DNA of 63,746 nucleotides, counting the filler, from Octopus bimaculoides (taxonomy: Eukaryota): NCBI RefSeq assembly GCF_001194135.2. It is 6 parts of 6 records of this genome, joined end to end, with 100 filler letters (N's around TTAATTAATTAA, not from the genome) between each part and the next. Parts side by side here need not be neighbours in the genome. Positions count along the whole stretch, not along the records: positions 1 to 16,320 come from NC_068990.1; positions 16,421 to 44,870 come from NC_068991.1; 4 more parts are not named here. The stretch is one strand, 5' to 3'. The translations under genes and the position numbers were made by a program. The notes below the pieces were generated by a model. That model made no database searches, was not told the origin of the DNA, and saw only the letters and a list, made by a program, of their open reading frames with translations. Each line of letters opens with the position of its first letter. Position 1 is the first letter of the stretch. Of this stretch, positions 14,276 to 27,640 are shown one piece after another.

Positions 14276-14559
14276 CAGGGGTTTTCAAACTGTGGTCCGC
14301 GGACCACAGGGGGTCCGCAAGGACAAGACAGGGGGTCTGTGGACAGCAAATACTTTATATGGGCAATTTGATTTTATATATGATTTTTAATCGAAATCTT
14401 TTAATTGACAATAAACCTATTTGTTAAATACTGTTAAATAAATAAATGTAAAAATATGTTATTTTAAGCAAATATTTATGTATAAATGTCATAAGTGTTC
14501 ATAAGGGTAAAGCCTGAAATATAAAGGGGTCCGCAAGTCAAAAAGTTTGAAAACCCCTG
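14276..14559. mobile_element. hAT (Charlie-like) MITE
   Basis: Perfect 16-bp TIRs CAGGGGTTTTCAAACT / AGTTTGAAAACCCCTG; perfect 8-bp TSD CCTTAGAC; repeated GGTCCGC subterminal motifs. Confidence 0.92.
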
Positions 14560-15559
14560 CCTTAGACCTATTCGAATCTTCATACTACGTAAATTCATCA
14601 ATACAACAAAAGCTACGCAATCTCTCAACCTGCTAAAACTGCAGTCAAACATTCATAAAAAACTTGATTCTCCCGTTTTCTTGTACAGTTTATGAAGATT
14701 TCAATCTTTTAGAAATTAATATAAAGGTTCGGGTATTATCTGCTGACGTTCAGGTGATAAGCAATTAAACTAGCAACCGCACTCAGTTGTACAGTGCAGG
14801 TTTGTGAACAAGTAGTGACGTCATTCAAAGGACGGATGTACTCTTTGAGGTGACCAGCCTCACCTATTGCATGGAGAGGAAATAGGCCCCACTAGGATTA
14901 CAAATCCCAATAAAATATTTAATCCTGGACGGTGGGAGCCCTCGGGTTTATAACCAACAGCCCAAAACCAATAGAAGTGGTAGAGATTGGTATAAAGGAT
15001 TCCACTGCTCCCAACAGCAGAAATATTATGGTAAAGACTTAATATGGTAAACACCTATCATTTATCAACTTCCTTATCGTCTATTCCATCAAGTCTTTAC
15101 TTTTCTACAACCACAATATCGGTCCATCCGTTATTATTTTCTCTCGTGGGCCCTCTTTTTACTCTACGGGTCTTCCCTCTACCCTTTCCTCCAATCTCTT
15201 TAACAACCTCTCCATCTCTTTTGTCCGCATCATCCAATTTTTACCGCGTCTCATTTTCACTTTCACTCAACCCACTCAGTCTCGAGCAACATATTCAGGA
15301 CAGAATTGCTACTATAGAGCATAAACAATTGCTAGTCCACAAGCATTCTCTCTCTCTGGTTTTATACAGGAATTCAAGCTGAACATCAATCATTCCTGTC
15401 TGGTAGCATTTGTAAAGGTAAGGAGTACTTCTACACCTCCTAACACTAAAATACTTGCTGTTTTGTCTGCACTGTTGTTGGCAAGATAACGAAAACTTCC
15501 GGATCTTCGGTTTGTTTGTCATATAAAGATAGAAGACGGAGTAATTGTTATGGCGACAG

Positions 15560-15900
15560 TGACGGAAATGGAAGTGACGGTGGTGGTGGTGGCGGCGGTG
15601 GTGGTGGTGTTGGTTTCGGTGGTTGTGGTGGTGGTTGTGGTGGTGGTCGTCGTCGTCGTGGCGTTCGAGATGTTGCCGTTGTTGATAACAAAGAGGATAA
15701 TAGTACAGACGATTTTCGGATTCGTTGTTGCGATGGTTGGAAGCGGCGATTGTATTGGCGCTGTTGTTACTTGTGGGGTGGCGGTGGGAGGATGCTGGTA
15801 CTGGTTGGTACTGGTTGGTACTGGTACTGATACCCATTCTGGTTGTGATCGTGATGCTGCTGATCTTGGTACTGGTGAGGTTGTTTTTGCTCCGCCCTAA
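15560..15900. repeat. GTG/GTT/GGT low-complexity tract
   Basis: Degenerate trinucleotide repeats. Confidence 0.85.
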
Positions 15901-16059
15901 TTCTGCACCGTATCGATGTGTTTTTTCATAGATATTCTATATGTTGGATGAAACGTTCGCGCCCCTTTTTTGAAGACGGTAGTGTGAAATTTGAAGCAGA
16001 TTTAGCTACTATTTCTGGTATGGCTAAACGACCAGATTTAAGGACCCCTTTCTCTTTTT

Positions 16060-16265
16060 CTTTCTCTTTACTTGTTTCAGTCATTTGACTGCGGCCATGC
16101 TGGAGCACCGCCTTTAGTCGAGCAAATCGACCCCAGGACTTACTCTTTGTAAGCCTAGTACTTATTCTATCGGACTCTTTTGCCGAACCGCTAGGTGACG
16201 AGGACGTAAACACACAACCATCGGTTGTCAAGCGATGTTGGGGGGACAGACACAGACACACAAAC
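16060..16265 (-). mobile_element. SINE family A, 3' half
   Basis: Reverse complement of the family A tail; ends at a TA microsatellite and gap. Confidence 0.85.
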
Positions 16266-16273
16266 ATATACGT

Positions 16274-16320
<47 letters not shown>

Positions 16321-16420
16321 NNNNNNNNNNNNNNNNNNNNNNNNNNNNNNNNNNNNNNNNNNNNTTAATTAATTAANNNNNNNNNNNNNNNNNNNNNNNN
16401 NNNNNNNNNNNNNNNNNNNN
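16321..16420. other. Scaffolding gap marker: N-run + TTAATTAATTAA + N-run, 100 bp (also at 44871, 56934, 59242 and 61713)
   Basis: The identical 12-mer centred in five equal-sized gaps indicates an assembler placeholder for gaps of unknown size. Confidence 0.9.
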
Positions 16421-16625
16421 TATATATATATATATGGTGTACACATGGATATGTGTTTATGTGCATGTAGTCAACTGCTTTTGTTGTGCACAATATCACT
16501 ATATGCATACATACATACATACATACGCACGCACACAAACACATTACACATATCATGCAGGCGTGACAATCTGTTCACAGAGACAGACATGCTTTAAGGC
16601 ACTAACGCACACAGTCCTCACTCAC

Positions 16626-16699
<74 letters not shown>

Positions 16700-16906
16700 A
16701 TGCACAAGCACGCACGCATATACTCATGCACATAATAGCACACGCTATTTTTTGTGAAGGTGTATTGTATGTGAAACAGCTTCAACAATGGAACATAGTT
16801 TGGTTAAAACTGATAATTCAAGTTTTCAGTCAGATGTTTATTGTGTGGAAAACTTAGGGAGTTTTTAGGGAGGTTGTGAAGAAGAGAAAGGTAAAAATAT
16901 AGAAAG

Positions 16907-16951
<45 letters not shown>

Positions 16952-17275
16952 GGTAGAAAGAAAGGGAGAGAGCATATATACTTATCAGATGCTTTGCATA
17001 CAAGTGTGTGTGTATACAAGTGCATATGTATGAATATAAGTATATTATGCATGTGTATGTATAGATAGATTTATGTTTACACACACATAGATACACACAC
17101 GCACGCTCATACATTAAAGTATTATAATCACAAAATGTAGTTTACATTACATGGGCTATTTTTGTGTACATCTAACCGTAGACACAAATACCAAACAAAT
17201 TGATACACACACACACACATACTTATATATATATATATATATATATATAAAGACAAGCAAGGCAAAACTGACATT

Positions 17276-17594
17276 ATGCACTTCTCTGCAAGGTTGCTGT
17301 CTTTTATAAGTTTCTTTCAGTTACATTTCAACGTGAATTCTACAAACGATAAACAGCTTTTCAATGCCGTCTCCAGTGAATGTTTTTTACAGTCGCCTTG
17401 TTCTAATTGTCGTTATTCTTACTTCACTCACCCGTATAATAAGAATCAATTTGGTATATGCTATCGAGGAAGATTTTTTGGTTACTTCCATTGCAAAAAC
17501 GGTACAGTTTTCTCCGACGCCTGGAAAGTATGTATCTTCAATACGACATCGTTGAATTCAGGAAATGATACATTTGGCAGAACAGAGAGACCAG
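17276..17594 (+). CDS. Protease gene 1, exon 1: putative signal peptide plus chitin-binding type-2 (CBM14/peritrophin-A)-like domain
   Basis: ORF MHFSARLLSFISFFQLHFNVNS...CFLQSPCSNCRYSYFTHPYNKNQFGICYRGRFFGYFHCKNGTVFSDAWKVC matches the YFxHPxxxxxFxxC..G....C..G.vF....C pattern. It ends at a phase-1 donor G|GTAAGT that joins in frame to 19651. The start is uncertain: there is an internal acceptor TTTCTTTCAG at 17311-17320, so an upstream exon is possible. Confidence 0.75.
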
Positions 17595-17704
17595 GTAAGT
17601 ATAAATCGGTGAAAATGTGCACTTAAGAATTTGAAACCTCGATCTTACCAAATGTCAATATTCTTTTTTATTAGCCGCATCTACTCGTTATTTTATACTT
17701 GATT

Positions 17705-17845
17705 TTAAATGAAAATCTGGGGTGGGATTATATACATGAATGAAGCTAAAACTATGAAGGGTAAAACATTTTGTACCAAAAGTTAACATTAAATTAGGGG
17801 TGCGACTTATACACTAGTGCAATTCACTCACGAGTACATACGGTA
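17705..17845. mobile_element. Tc1/mariner-superfamily (pogo/Tc2-like) terminal fragment
   Basis: Ends ...GTGCGACTTATACAC...ACGAGTACATACGGTA; related to the terminus at 33796. Confidence 0.45.
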
Positions 17846-18559
17846 TATATTTCCCTCTCTGGGTGCCAAATTGAAATTGCGATGCTCATGGCTTCCCCAC
17901 CCGAGAACATTCAAATCGTTTATGGTAAGAATTAGAAGCAAATTGGTATTGATAACGCGATTCGATCTCGGAATCACCAAAGATTTAAAATATTACTCAT
18001 GAAAACTTATGCAAGGAGAGTCTAACTCAAGAACACAACTCAACACTCCTGGATAGACTTAAAACAAGGATCTTATCTTTACAGCCAATTATATACTTTC
18101 TCCAACCGATATTAGGATCACTGGCTTATTGTAGTCATTATTATATCTGATTGAATTTTCGGTACTTTCCTATTATTATCCCCTATTATCCGGGATCTCT
18201 TCTGGTGAATGAACATTCCCAGTTTAGCAAAAACTGCATCACAGAGACTAGCTTGCCGTCTTCTCTAGGACCAGAAAATAATTCCTTAGTGGGACGGCCT
18301 ACTGACAGTATACAGACGTTCAAGACCGCATCCTAAGTAAGCCCAGAGTGACTGATATGAAATCGCTCACAACATACTCTAACTTCTGGTCCACAGAAGC
18401 ATTGTCTCCTCTTTCTGAGTTTTCTATCGCTACTATAAGGGCCAGTGCTCCTTGGAGTTAATTAGTTTCATGCCATCTATACTCAGCTCAGTCCAACCCT
18501 TCCAACTCTCTCTCTCTCACCCTCTCCCTTCTACCCCCTCTCTCTCCTTTCCTCGTCAC

Positions 18560-18715
18560 TCATATCCTGTCCCATGTTGCTCGCACTAAACACTGCCACC
18601 AGTCTTTTCTTCCTAAAATGCCATCCCTTTGGAAATTCCTTTCTGTCCATGTTTCTTTCCCCATTGAGCAATCAACTTGCAACTGCTCAAGAACAGAATT
18701 AACCGTTCCAAACTC
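18560..18715 (+). mobile_element. CR1/L2-group LINE 3' end relic
   Basis: ARTKHCHQSFLPKMPSLWKFL resembles the RT.HY..SF.P.T..LWN.LP terminal motif. Confidence 0.5.
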
Positions 18716-19407
18716 ACCCGTTTCGGAAGTTTTACAATGACCTTGGAAACACAACTTTCCTGTAGATTAAAGCAATAAAAACTGGAAACATACCTCAACA
18801 TTCCTGAATAGAATACAAATCTTTGAAACGAGACCCGAAACTCAAATCTCGTTTGTATCTACTTTACATATGTAATGCAACCACAATACAACTGTAGTTA
18901 TCTTTCAACTTTTACTTGTTTCAGTCATTGAACTGAGGCATTGTTGGGGCACCACCTTGAAGAGTTTTGGTCGAACAGATCGACCCCAATACTTACGTCT
19001 TTTTAAGTCTGGTACTTATTTTATCGGTCTATTGCTGAAACACTATGTTGCGGGGACATAAATAAATCAACTCACCTCGAGATAGTTTGTACAGTGTATT
19101 GTCTTTCTAAATTCAAGTGCACACGAACATGTTAACAATGACTGTACAGAACTACAAAAATTAAACATGTTTTTTTCTTTTACAGTATATCTAATCGTAC
19201 TTTGAATGTTGAATGTTCATACTCACTAACTACCATTATCCCTTATTTCAGGATGGAATTTTGTGGTCCCAGTAAAAAAAAAAAAAAAATTCAAATGATA
19301 ACAGATATTCCTGTGTAACCTGTAACTATAACGATATGTATTTCTAGTTTTCACAAATATTTCTCTTTAAAACAATTCACAAGTTATCAATATTTCCGTT
19401 CGTATAG

Positions 19408-19814
<407 letters not shown>

Positions 19815-19985
19815 TAGGTTTTTACATTATAACTGCTAATTAGTGCCGTACAATGGGACTGACCCAAAACTACACGGTTGCAAAACGTGCTTCTTAATCA
19901 CACAGCCATTCCTGCACCTACAGTGAAAAGATTTGTCCATGGGAAAGATCTGAAATGACTGAAAAATGAAGTCTGTTAATAAACA

Positions 19986-20490
19986 GTCGTGGCTGTGTGG
20001 TAAGAAGTTTGCTTCCCAACAACATGGTCCCGGGTTCAGTCTCACTGCATGGCACCTTAGACAAATGTCTTCTACTATAGCCTCGAGCCGGACCAAAGCC
20101 TTGTGAGTGGATTTCGTAGACAGGAGCTGAAAGAAGCTCGTCACATACATACATACATACATACATACATACATACATACATACAGACATACATACATGC
20201 ATACATATGTTCGCCAGTGTGTGCGCGCGCAAGCGTGTGTATGTGTGTGGGGGTGGGGTGAGGGGTTACCGTATGTGTGTATATGTGTTGTGTGTGTTTT
20301 CGTCCCACTACTGCTTGACAACCGGTGTTGATGTGTTTACGTCACTGTAACTTAGCGATTCATCAAAAGAGACCAACAGATTGAGGACCAAGCTTATAAA
20401 AATAAGTACTGGGGTCGATTCGTTTGACTAAATTTCCCCAAGGTCGCACCCTAGCATGGCCACAGTCTAATGACTGAACCAAGTGAAAAA
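19986..20490 (+). mobile_element. SINE family A (gene 1 intron 2)
   Basis: Colinear, with an expanded internal microsatellite. Confidence 0.85.
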
Positions 20491-21176
20491 CAAACGATAA
20501 ACTATGATTGGATAGCGTGATATCTATATATATAAAAGAATATCCAAGTGTTGTTTTATACAAGTAACTGGATCGTCGTTATTAGCAACTAGAGTTATCT
20601 GTTTTCACTACAAGTCTAAAAAGTTGTTCCACATCAGTGGATGTTGCTTTTAATGATTCGGTGACTTGCAATGGTGGTGGTGGTTGTGCGCTAGGATAGC
20701 TCCTGGCATGGTGTTAGCACCTATCGCGAGACCTTTAGCATTTTATCGTTTGAATGGATTATGTTTTTAAAGGCCAGCTTAGATTAAACATTTTATTTCG
20801 ATCTATTCGTTTATCTAAACTCCATGGCAGCAACCCATCGTTCTGTTTGTCTAACCTATTTAACCAGTAAAAGAGTGAGCGTCGTAGGATACAGACAAAA
20901 TTCTTCCTTATTGCTTTTATGTTAACATTTTATGAAATCCTTTACACGATCCGTGCTTGCCATTTCATTTTTCTCACAGAATATTATCCTGTGTGAGTGA
21001 GTGAATGTCATTATTCACTTTATTTCAAAATTTCTTGCCAATAGAGAAAGAACCGGTTTCTAACCTAGATTCAAGGTTCCTTCATTGGAATTTCAACATC
21101 AATAATAGGGTATTTTTGTATGTATGTATGTATGTATGTTTGTTGATTGGTAGAATTTGAACCCGGACATTAATTA

Positions 21177-21213
<37 letters not shown>

Positions 21214-21214
<1 letters not shown>

Positions 21215-21530
21215 CGGGTTCAGTCCCACTGCGTGGCACCTTGGACAAGTGTTTTCTACTATAGCCTCGGGCCGATCAAAGCTTTGTGAGTGGATTTGGT
21301 AGACGGAAACTGAAAGAAGCCTGTTATATATATATATTTGTGTGTATGTGTGTGTGTGTGTGTATGTTTGCGTTTGTCCCCACCCATCATCGCTTGACAA
21401 CTGATGTTGGTGTGTTTACGTAACTTAGCGGTTCGGGAATAAAGGGGGATAAAATAAGTACTAGGCTTACAAAGAATAAGTCCTGGGGTCGATTTGCTCG
21501 ACTAAAGGTGGTGCTCCAGCATGCCCGCAA
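21214..21530 (+). mobile_element. SINE family A, 5'-truncated
   Basis: Colinear from the B box onward. Confidence 0.85.
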
Positions 21531-21876
21531 GTAATATATATATATATATAAAGTTGTGCGTGTGTGTTAGAAAATAAACACCAGATTTTATATATTTTCT
21601 GTAGACAAGAATTCATGTTCCTACACGTGTGATATCGTGAACTGAATGAGAAAGTGGTTACAGAATGTGTGTATATGTGTGTGTGTGTGTATGTGTGTGT
21701 GTGTGTGTGTGTGCGCGTGCGTGCGTGTGTGTGTGTGTGTGTGCACGTGCGTGTGTGTGCGTGCTCAAATTCAGAACGTGTTGGCTTTTCGTTTTTCCAG
21801 TTTGAGTATTATTAATGTCTCTCTTGTACCGTGTACCGACACTTTTGTATATTTTACGAATTTCTTTTCTTTTCAG

Positions 21877-21973
21877 GCAAAATCCCTACCAACTTCAGAT
21901 TGCTCTTGGTATTACAGAACTTTATAAAGATGCATTCAGTGTAAGATTCAGAAAAGTTTCGAAAATTGTAGTG
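21877..21973 (+). CDS. Protease gene 1, exon 3
   Basis: Acceptor TTTCTTTTCAG; reads QNPYQLQIALGITELYKDAFSVRFRKVSKIVV; phase-0 donor GTAAAT. 97 bp, the same length as exon 3 of gene 2. Confidence 0.9.
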
Positions 21974-22339
21974 GTAAATCATATTTTTCCATTCATATTT
22001 CAATTCATTAAATATATCTTTGTCGCTTTCGGATTTTATCCACTTGCATATTTCCGCGTTCCAGTCAGCCAAGCCAGTATTCTTCAGCCGCCATTAAAAG
22101 TGTGACCGTCTCGTCTTCTTTCCTATCATACTATGCCCAGGACTTCTTTATCCTGTACAAATATATCCGTTTTTAAGATGGTAGGATGATTATAATAATA
22201 AGTCGGCAGGCCACGTAGTGTTTGTCGTTCGTTGGTCCAAGTATTCCCTTCGTTTCTTCGAGACACGCTTTTTCATGTTGTCTCCGATTCATTTCAAGAA
22301 ATAATTTTACCATTTGAAGTATTGCCTACAAAATTTTTG

Positions 22340-22790
22340 CTTCGCAGTCACATGGTTCCAGGTTCAGTCACACTGCATGGCACCTTAGGCAAGTATCTTC
22401 TACTTTAATCTCGGGCCGACCAAAACCTTGTGAGCAGATTTGGTAAACGGAAAGTGAAAGAAACCCATCGCATATCTATATATAGTGTATGTGTGTGCGT
22501 GCGCGCGTGCATGCGTGTGTAAGTATGCATGTGTCTTTGTGTGCGTGTGTGTGTATGTATATCTAAGTGTGTGTGTGTGTGTGTGTGTGTGGGTGTGTCT
22601 TTGTGTCTGTGTTTGTCCCCCACCTCTGCTTGAAAACCGGTGTTGGTGTGTTTACGTCTACTTAGACTAGCGGTCCGGCCAAAGAGATCGATAACATAAA
22701 TATTAGCCTTGAAAAATTAAAAACTGGGGTCGATTCATTCGATTAAAACTCTTCCGCGTCTAATGGCTGAAACAAGTAAAACATAAAAGA
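22340..22790 (+). mobile_element. SINE family A
   Basis: Colinear. Confidence 0.8.
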
Positions 22791-23484
22791 TATAAGGACC
22801 ACTAGTAGGTCGTAGACGAAATATCGAAACGATTTCCAGGATATAATTCAATTGTATTTCCATCGATTCGGTCAATCCAGCTGACCCTTTCAATTGTTGG
22901 TTGACGCTAATTTATAACTTTCGCTCAGGGCTCACATTTTAGACTGTAATGGCGCGAAATTATGGCCGCCATTAAGGAAGTACAATCTACGCATGCGCAA
23001 GGGCCTTGCCTTCCCGGAAGCCCCTCGATTGCGCATGCGTAGTAAAACCAGTACTTAAAGCGCTTCTTTCGTTTTCTAACCCTCTTAGCGCGATACCTTC
23101 GATCTAACAACAACTTGCTCCTCTCAGATGCCTCAACGAAGCTTTTAACCTTCCAGTGCTGATTACAAGTTACCAGCGACTACCAGGCTGAATGACACAG
23201 GATTTGTAAAACGAAACATCACCAAAAATAAAACTTATTTTTATTATGTTGTTAATTGTTCTACTGTTTCTTAATATATAATTTTGTTGAAAGGTGATAG
23301 AGAGAGACTAATGTCTCTATTGCAACTATCAACCTTTTACAAGACAAAGGATTTGTGTAACCAATTTTTAATCGATTCGTCGATCACTGATTCCATAATA
23401 ACTTGACTTGTCCTCATTTCCTTCATCCTAAAAATAACTTTTGTTTTCAAAATCGATTAAAATTCAATTCTTATATCACCCCAG

Positions 23485-23653
23485 TATCCTTTCTACGTTC
23501 ATGGAGGAAGTTATCCGAACGATATAGCGCTTATGGAACTTTCAGCACCAATTCAACTGTCTGAATACATTAAAACTGTTTGCCTACCTTCTAAAACGAA
23601 TCGGTTCACTGGTCGAGATGAATGCTGGGTCACTGGATGGGGCGATACACGAG
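23485..23653 (+). CDS. Protease gene 1, exon 4: catalytic Asp
   Basis: Reads YPFYVHGGSYPNDIALMELSAPIQLSEYIKTVCLPSKTNRFTGRDECWVTGWGDTR; acceptor CCCCAG; phase-1 donor GTGAGT. Confidence 0.95.
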
Positions 23654-23719
23654 GTGAGTGTTTTCCAGTCCCTGTTGTTACTTTTTACCAAAGATCATAG
23701 ATGATTCTATCTTTTATCT

Positions 23720-24040
23720 TTTACTTGTTTCAGTCATTAGACTGCGGCCATGCTGGGGCACCGTCTTAAGAAATTTTAATCGAATGAATCGACCCCAGTA
23801 CTTACTTGTTTTCGAAAGCATGCTACTTATCAGCCTCTTTTGCTGAAACGCTAATTTACGGAGATGTAAACACACCAACACCGGTTGTCAAGCAGTGGTG
23901 GGGGACAAACACTCACACATACACACACGCGACGGATGTTTTTCAGTTTCCATCTACCAAATCCACTCACAAGGCTTTGATCGGCCCGAGCTGTAGTAGA
24001 AGACACTTGCCCAAGGTGCCACGCAGTGGGACTGAGCCAA
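23720..24040 (-). mobile_element. SINE family A
   Basis: Reverse-complement copy. Confidence 0.85.
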
Positions 24041-24080
24041 AGCCGTTGGAAAACCGATTATAGCAGCGACTCATCTAAGA

Positions 24081-24117
24081 ATATCTGAAGAAGGAATTTT
24101 ATTCGGAAATATCATCG
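24081..24117 (+). ncRNA. Degenerate minimal hammerhead motif
   Basis: CTGAAGA at 24085-24091; helix II GGAAT/ATTCG; GAAA; ATC triplet; only 2 bp of helix I. Confidence 0.4.
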
Positions 24118-25255
24118 GACTGTGGATAACTAAATTACAACAGGTCTATAGTCCATTTTTTGTATTATAGTGCATTGTTGTACCATTCAAAACTTTTTAT
24201 TCTTTACAAACAATACACAATGCTTCAAGCGAACTACAATACTCTCCTACAAAACATTTGGTTTTTTTCTTCAAAACTTCGCCCACAACTCATACACTCA
24301 TGTTCATACACGCGCAGACTTCAGAAAAGTCAAATCTTACCCCAGTCTCACTCTACTCTCTTAAAGAAAAGATAATGTGTTTCAGTGTTTGAAAAAATAA
24401 ATAAATAAAATAAAATAAACATGGATGGTCACAATTGGAATGCTTTTGATCATAGATCTTTGGACCAGCTGCCGACTTGTGTTTAAGCAACACCAATTGC
24501 AACAAGAAGCGTACAACAATACAACGGATACTGGAGCGAGTACAACATGTCTTGGCTGTCGCACTGCAGTTTTATATAACTGCATTGCATGGCGGGATGA
24601 GCAGTATGGTGATCCTTTGTTAGAATCCCTTGCTAGAATATGTGATTTGCTATGATTAAAAATAGAGATCTCTGGGTCGGGCTACGTCGTTCGAGCGACA
24701 GCCTATGTGCCATATGACTTCTCGATCAAGGTTGAGCTGGGACAACGATAAAAACAACAACAACAACAACAAGTGATATACAAGTACAAACTGGACAGTG
24801 GAGTGCACTCCACAGGATTCCTAATTAAACATCAGAATATAGAGTATGGGAATGGGGGCTTCAGAACACCACCATCACCACCGTCGCTAACAACAACAAC
24901 AATATCGCGAGGATTGAGAAAGAATTCCGTCAAACGGGAAAGTAACAAGGTTGGAGTTGAAAGGAAAAATAAACACTGAAGTTGAAGACATGGTCACGTG
25001 GTCAAGAAAGAAGAGGAATGAAGGAGATAGGAATTGACATTGAAAGGCATCCTGGGTAAGATGTTCTGTGGATGAAGGTAAAAAAACAGTTTTGCTATTT
25101 CTATGTTGTTATACTGTAACATCTGTTCTGTTGCTTCTTATGACAAGCAAACCACCATGACGGACACAACCTACTGTATCGCCCTGAAATATGGAGGGGA
25201 CAACGCACTAAATATTTTTTGTCAGCTCGCCATCACACACACACACAAGTGTGTA

Positions 25256-25286
<31 letters not shown>

Positions 25287-27454
25287 AAGTGAAAGGGGGA
25301 GAGAGGGAGAGACTCTCGCATACAACGACTGACACGAATTTGTTAAAATTTCTTGGAGGCGATGAGTGGAGAAAAATGTCATAGTTTAGGGGGAAATAAC
25401 ACATGGTAGATAGTATTATAGATATTTATGATAAGTAACCAGTGTGAATATGTATGTATGCTTACATGGAAATTGATTAATTAATTAATTTGTGCAATCA
25501 AGTGTTTCTTAAAATGAATGTGTTTAGTTAACGCTGTGAGACCTGTTGCTATCTCTTGTATTATATATTATAGTCTTCCTCGGATGTTTGACTATTACAT
25601 GTTCAACAACCTTAAACCTGGAACAGCAATTTTTTTGCATAATGGAAACAAATTTTAGTTGAGCAATGTAGACGGACGGACGTCAAACTTTGCAATCTAT
25701 AGATCGTGTCCTAGGTAAGACTTTAAAGTGCATCCGGTAGTGGGGCCTTGGTACGGGAGTTCCAGGGTTTGGAGGAGTGTGGAGCCACCTCTTAGCCACT
25801 ATTTTTCCTACGTCTACTCTGACCCAGAGTCGTAGCACCTGTTAGTGCCACTGCTATGGGTTAACTAGCATGTATATCACCCGCTTCAAACCCGGGCTAC
25901 GTCTGACCGATAATCGGCAGTGACTTGGTCAGCGAATCCTCTGCAATAGTCGAAAATCGACTGTAACATGAGCTGCTATGAACCACACTATCGCAAAGTG
26001 TGTAGGCATGTAACCAGGGACCCCATGTGAACTTGTATTCGCTCTGAAACTTCGAACGTGAACTCTACATCTCACAATAAATGACAACTACGGTTACGGC
26101 GTCCGCGCTTTCCGCCGCATTTGCTCTCTCAGTGGGGCATTCGTCGAATTTGCAAGATGGATTTTTAGGTTGCAGGCAGGAGTATTACTTTGCCTGCTGG
26201 AATGTTAGGGCCGACCGTCGGATATGGCAGCATTCGTGAAGGACATGGTGAACTCGTTGGTCGGGGCCATCTCATCCCACTCCGGGGTGTATGTCGCTGC
26301 ACATGCAAACAACTACAAGTAATCTATTGAGGGTTAGTGGTGGGTAAGTGCGACGGTGTTCTAAGGATGTTACAGAGAGTCGATGGAGACCATCTGAACA
26401 GCCTATTTCGGAGCACCTTCACGTTGAGGATTATGCACAATTTCCAGTAATCACTAACTTGGCAGTGCTATTAAGGACATATTGACGGTTCGGAAGAAAT
26501 TCAACAGGGTTGGTAAAGTCATCAGCTGGGCCAGTCAGAAAGGCGTACTGGGAGACATTACAGTTTTACACGCAATGGGTCTGTGTCCCAACATTGGTGA
26601 GTTACGGAGTTATGTTGAACAAATATCGTTAAGTGAAGGACGGAACCGATTATCAACCCAGTCCCTGGAAACGATTGCTCCACCTCTTTCTTTCGGTCTA
26701 AAAGAACAACCATTTTACCTCTGTCTGGTTACCATGGTGAAAGAGATTCCACAGTAAAGATAAAAAGATTGAAGAGAGACGGTTCCCTATTCAACGAAGC
26801 CATCATCGGGAAATGAGTTGCTGCCCTTAAGTTAATTTGCTGAAAGGTGAGAGTGACAGGACTTACGCTCAGTATGCGCAGAGTGAACATCGGCATATTC
26901 CTTTATTTGCATATTCCCTTTATTTGCATATTCCTTTATTTGCAAAGTTTTTTTTAATTAACTTTTAGTGGTTGCCTCCCCACTACTGAGCATCTCTTCT
27001 TTTATATACTTTTACTTTCCTTGTCTATTTTTTAAATCATAATCGATACTGTGTGCCCCTACTGCCACTTTTTTTGTAATTTGTCCTTGTAATTCTCCCT
27101 TTATCGCCTTTGTATCATATAAACGAAATCATCATTATTGTTGTTGTTGTCAAAGGATAAATAAGAGAAGAGAGGTGGTGAGTTGGCAGAATTGTTGGGT
27201 TACTGACAAAATGCTTTGTAGCCTAATTGAGTTACGTCTGTTATATTTTTAGAGTTGCTAAAATCAAATGAAGTACTGAGACTGAATTCGATCCACAAAA
27301 TATGCAGGCCTTTTGTACACAATTTAAACAAGAGGCAGCATAGAGAACTGACTGAAATAGTAACTATATATTCCTGAAATCACGCCTTAGTATCCGATAT
27401 AATGGCTAATGAGGACTAAAATCTAGGACCCACCACAGGGTCTAGTCCTTGTTG

Positions 27455-27640
27455 TGATGTGGTGTAGCGGCTCGTGCGCCTCAATAACCCACAGAGTTAA
27501 ACTAGCAGAGTGCAAGTTCCTGATAGGATCTCCCATACTGGATATGTCAAAGGAAAGCGGCCACGTTAATACAGACCACCTCTTCTCAGAGGTGAAAATG
27601 GGTTTGCTTAGAGCCAACACTCCTACCTAGAAAAAAGGGA
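27455..27640 (+). mobile_element. RTE-like LINE 5' UTR fragment
   Basis: GGTGTAGCGGCTCGTGCGCCTCAAT...GCAAGTTCCTGATAGGATCTCCCAT...GTCAAAGG resembles RTE 5' leaders as I recall them; no ORF follows. Confidence 0.3.

Noticed and set aside
16365-16376. TTAATTAATTAA recurring five times
   Set aside because: Always centred in a 100-bp N block, so it is an assembly placeholder, not a biological motif.
10-16757. Many ORFs of alternating residues (HT, YI, CV, LS, RE) or spanning N runs, here and across the window
   Set aside because: They are translations of microsatellites and gaps.
24425-24655. 76-aa Cys-containing ORF in gene 1 intron 4
   Set aside because: No recognisable motif or supporting splice pattern; it follows a repeat relic.
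26482-26757. 91-aa ORF in gene 1 intron 4
   Set aside because: Unrecognised, lies among decayed retroelement-like sequence, and has no splice support.
26893-26944. Three tandem 17-18 bp units containing the octamer ATTTGCAT
   Set aside because: Most simply slippage; nothing else indicates an snRNA-type promoter.
27500-27600. Possible HDV-like ribozyme in the RTE-like leader
   Set aside because: I could not build the double pseudoknot by eye; it needs a descriptor search.
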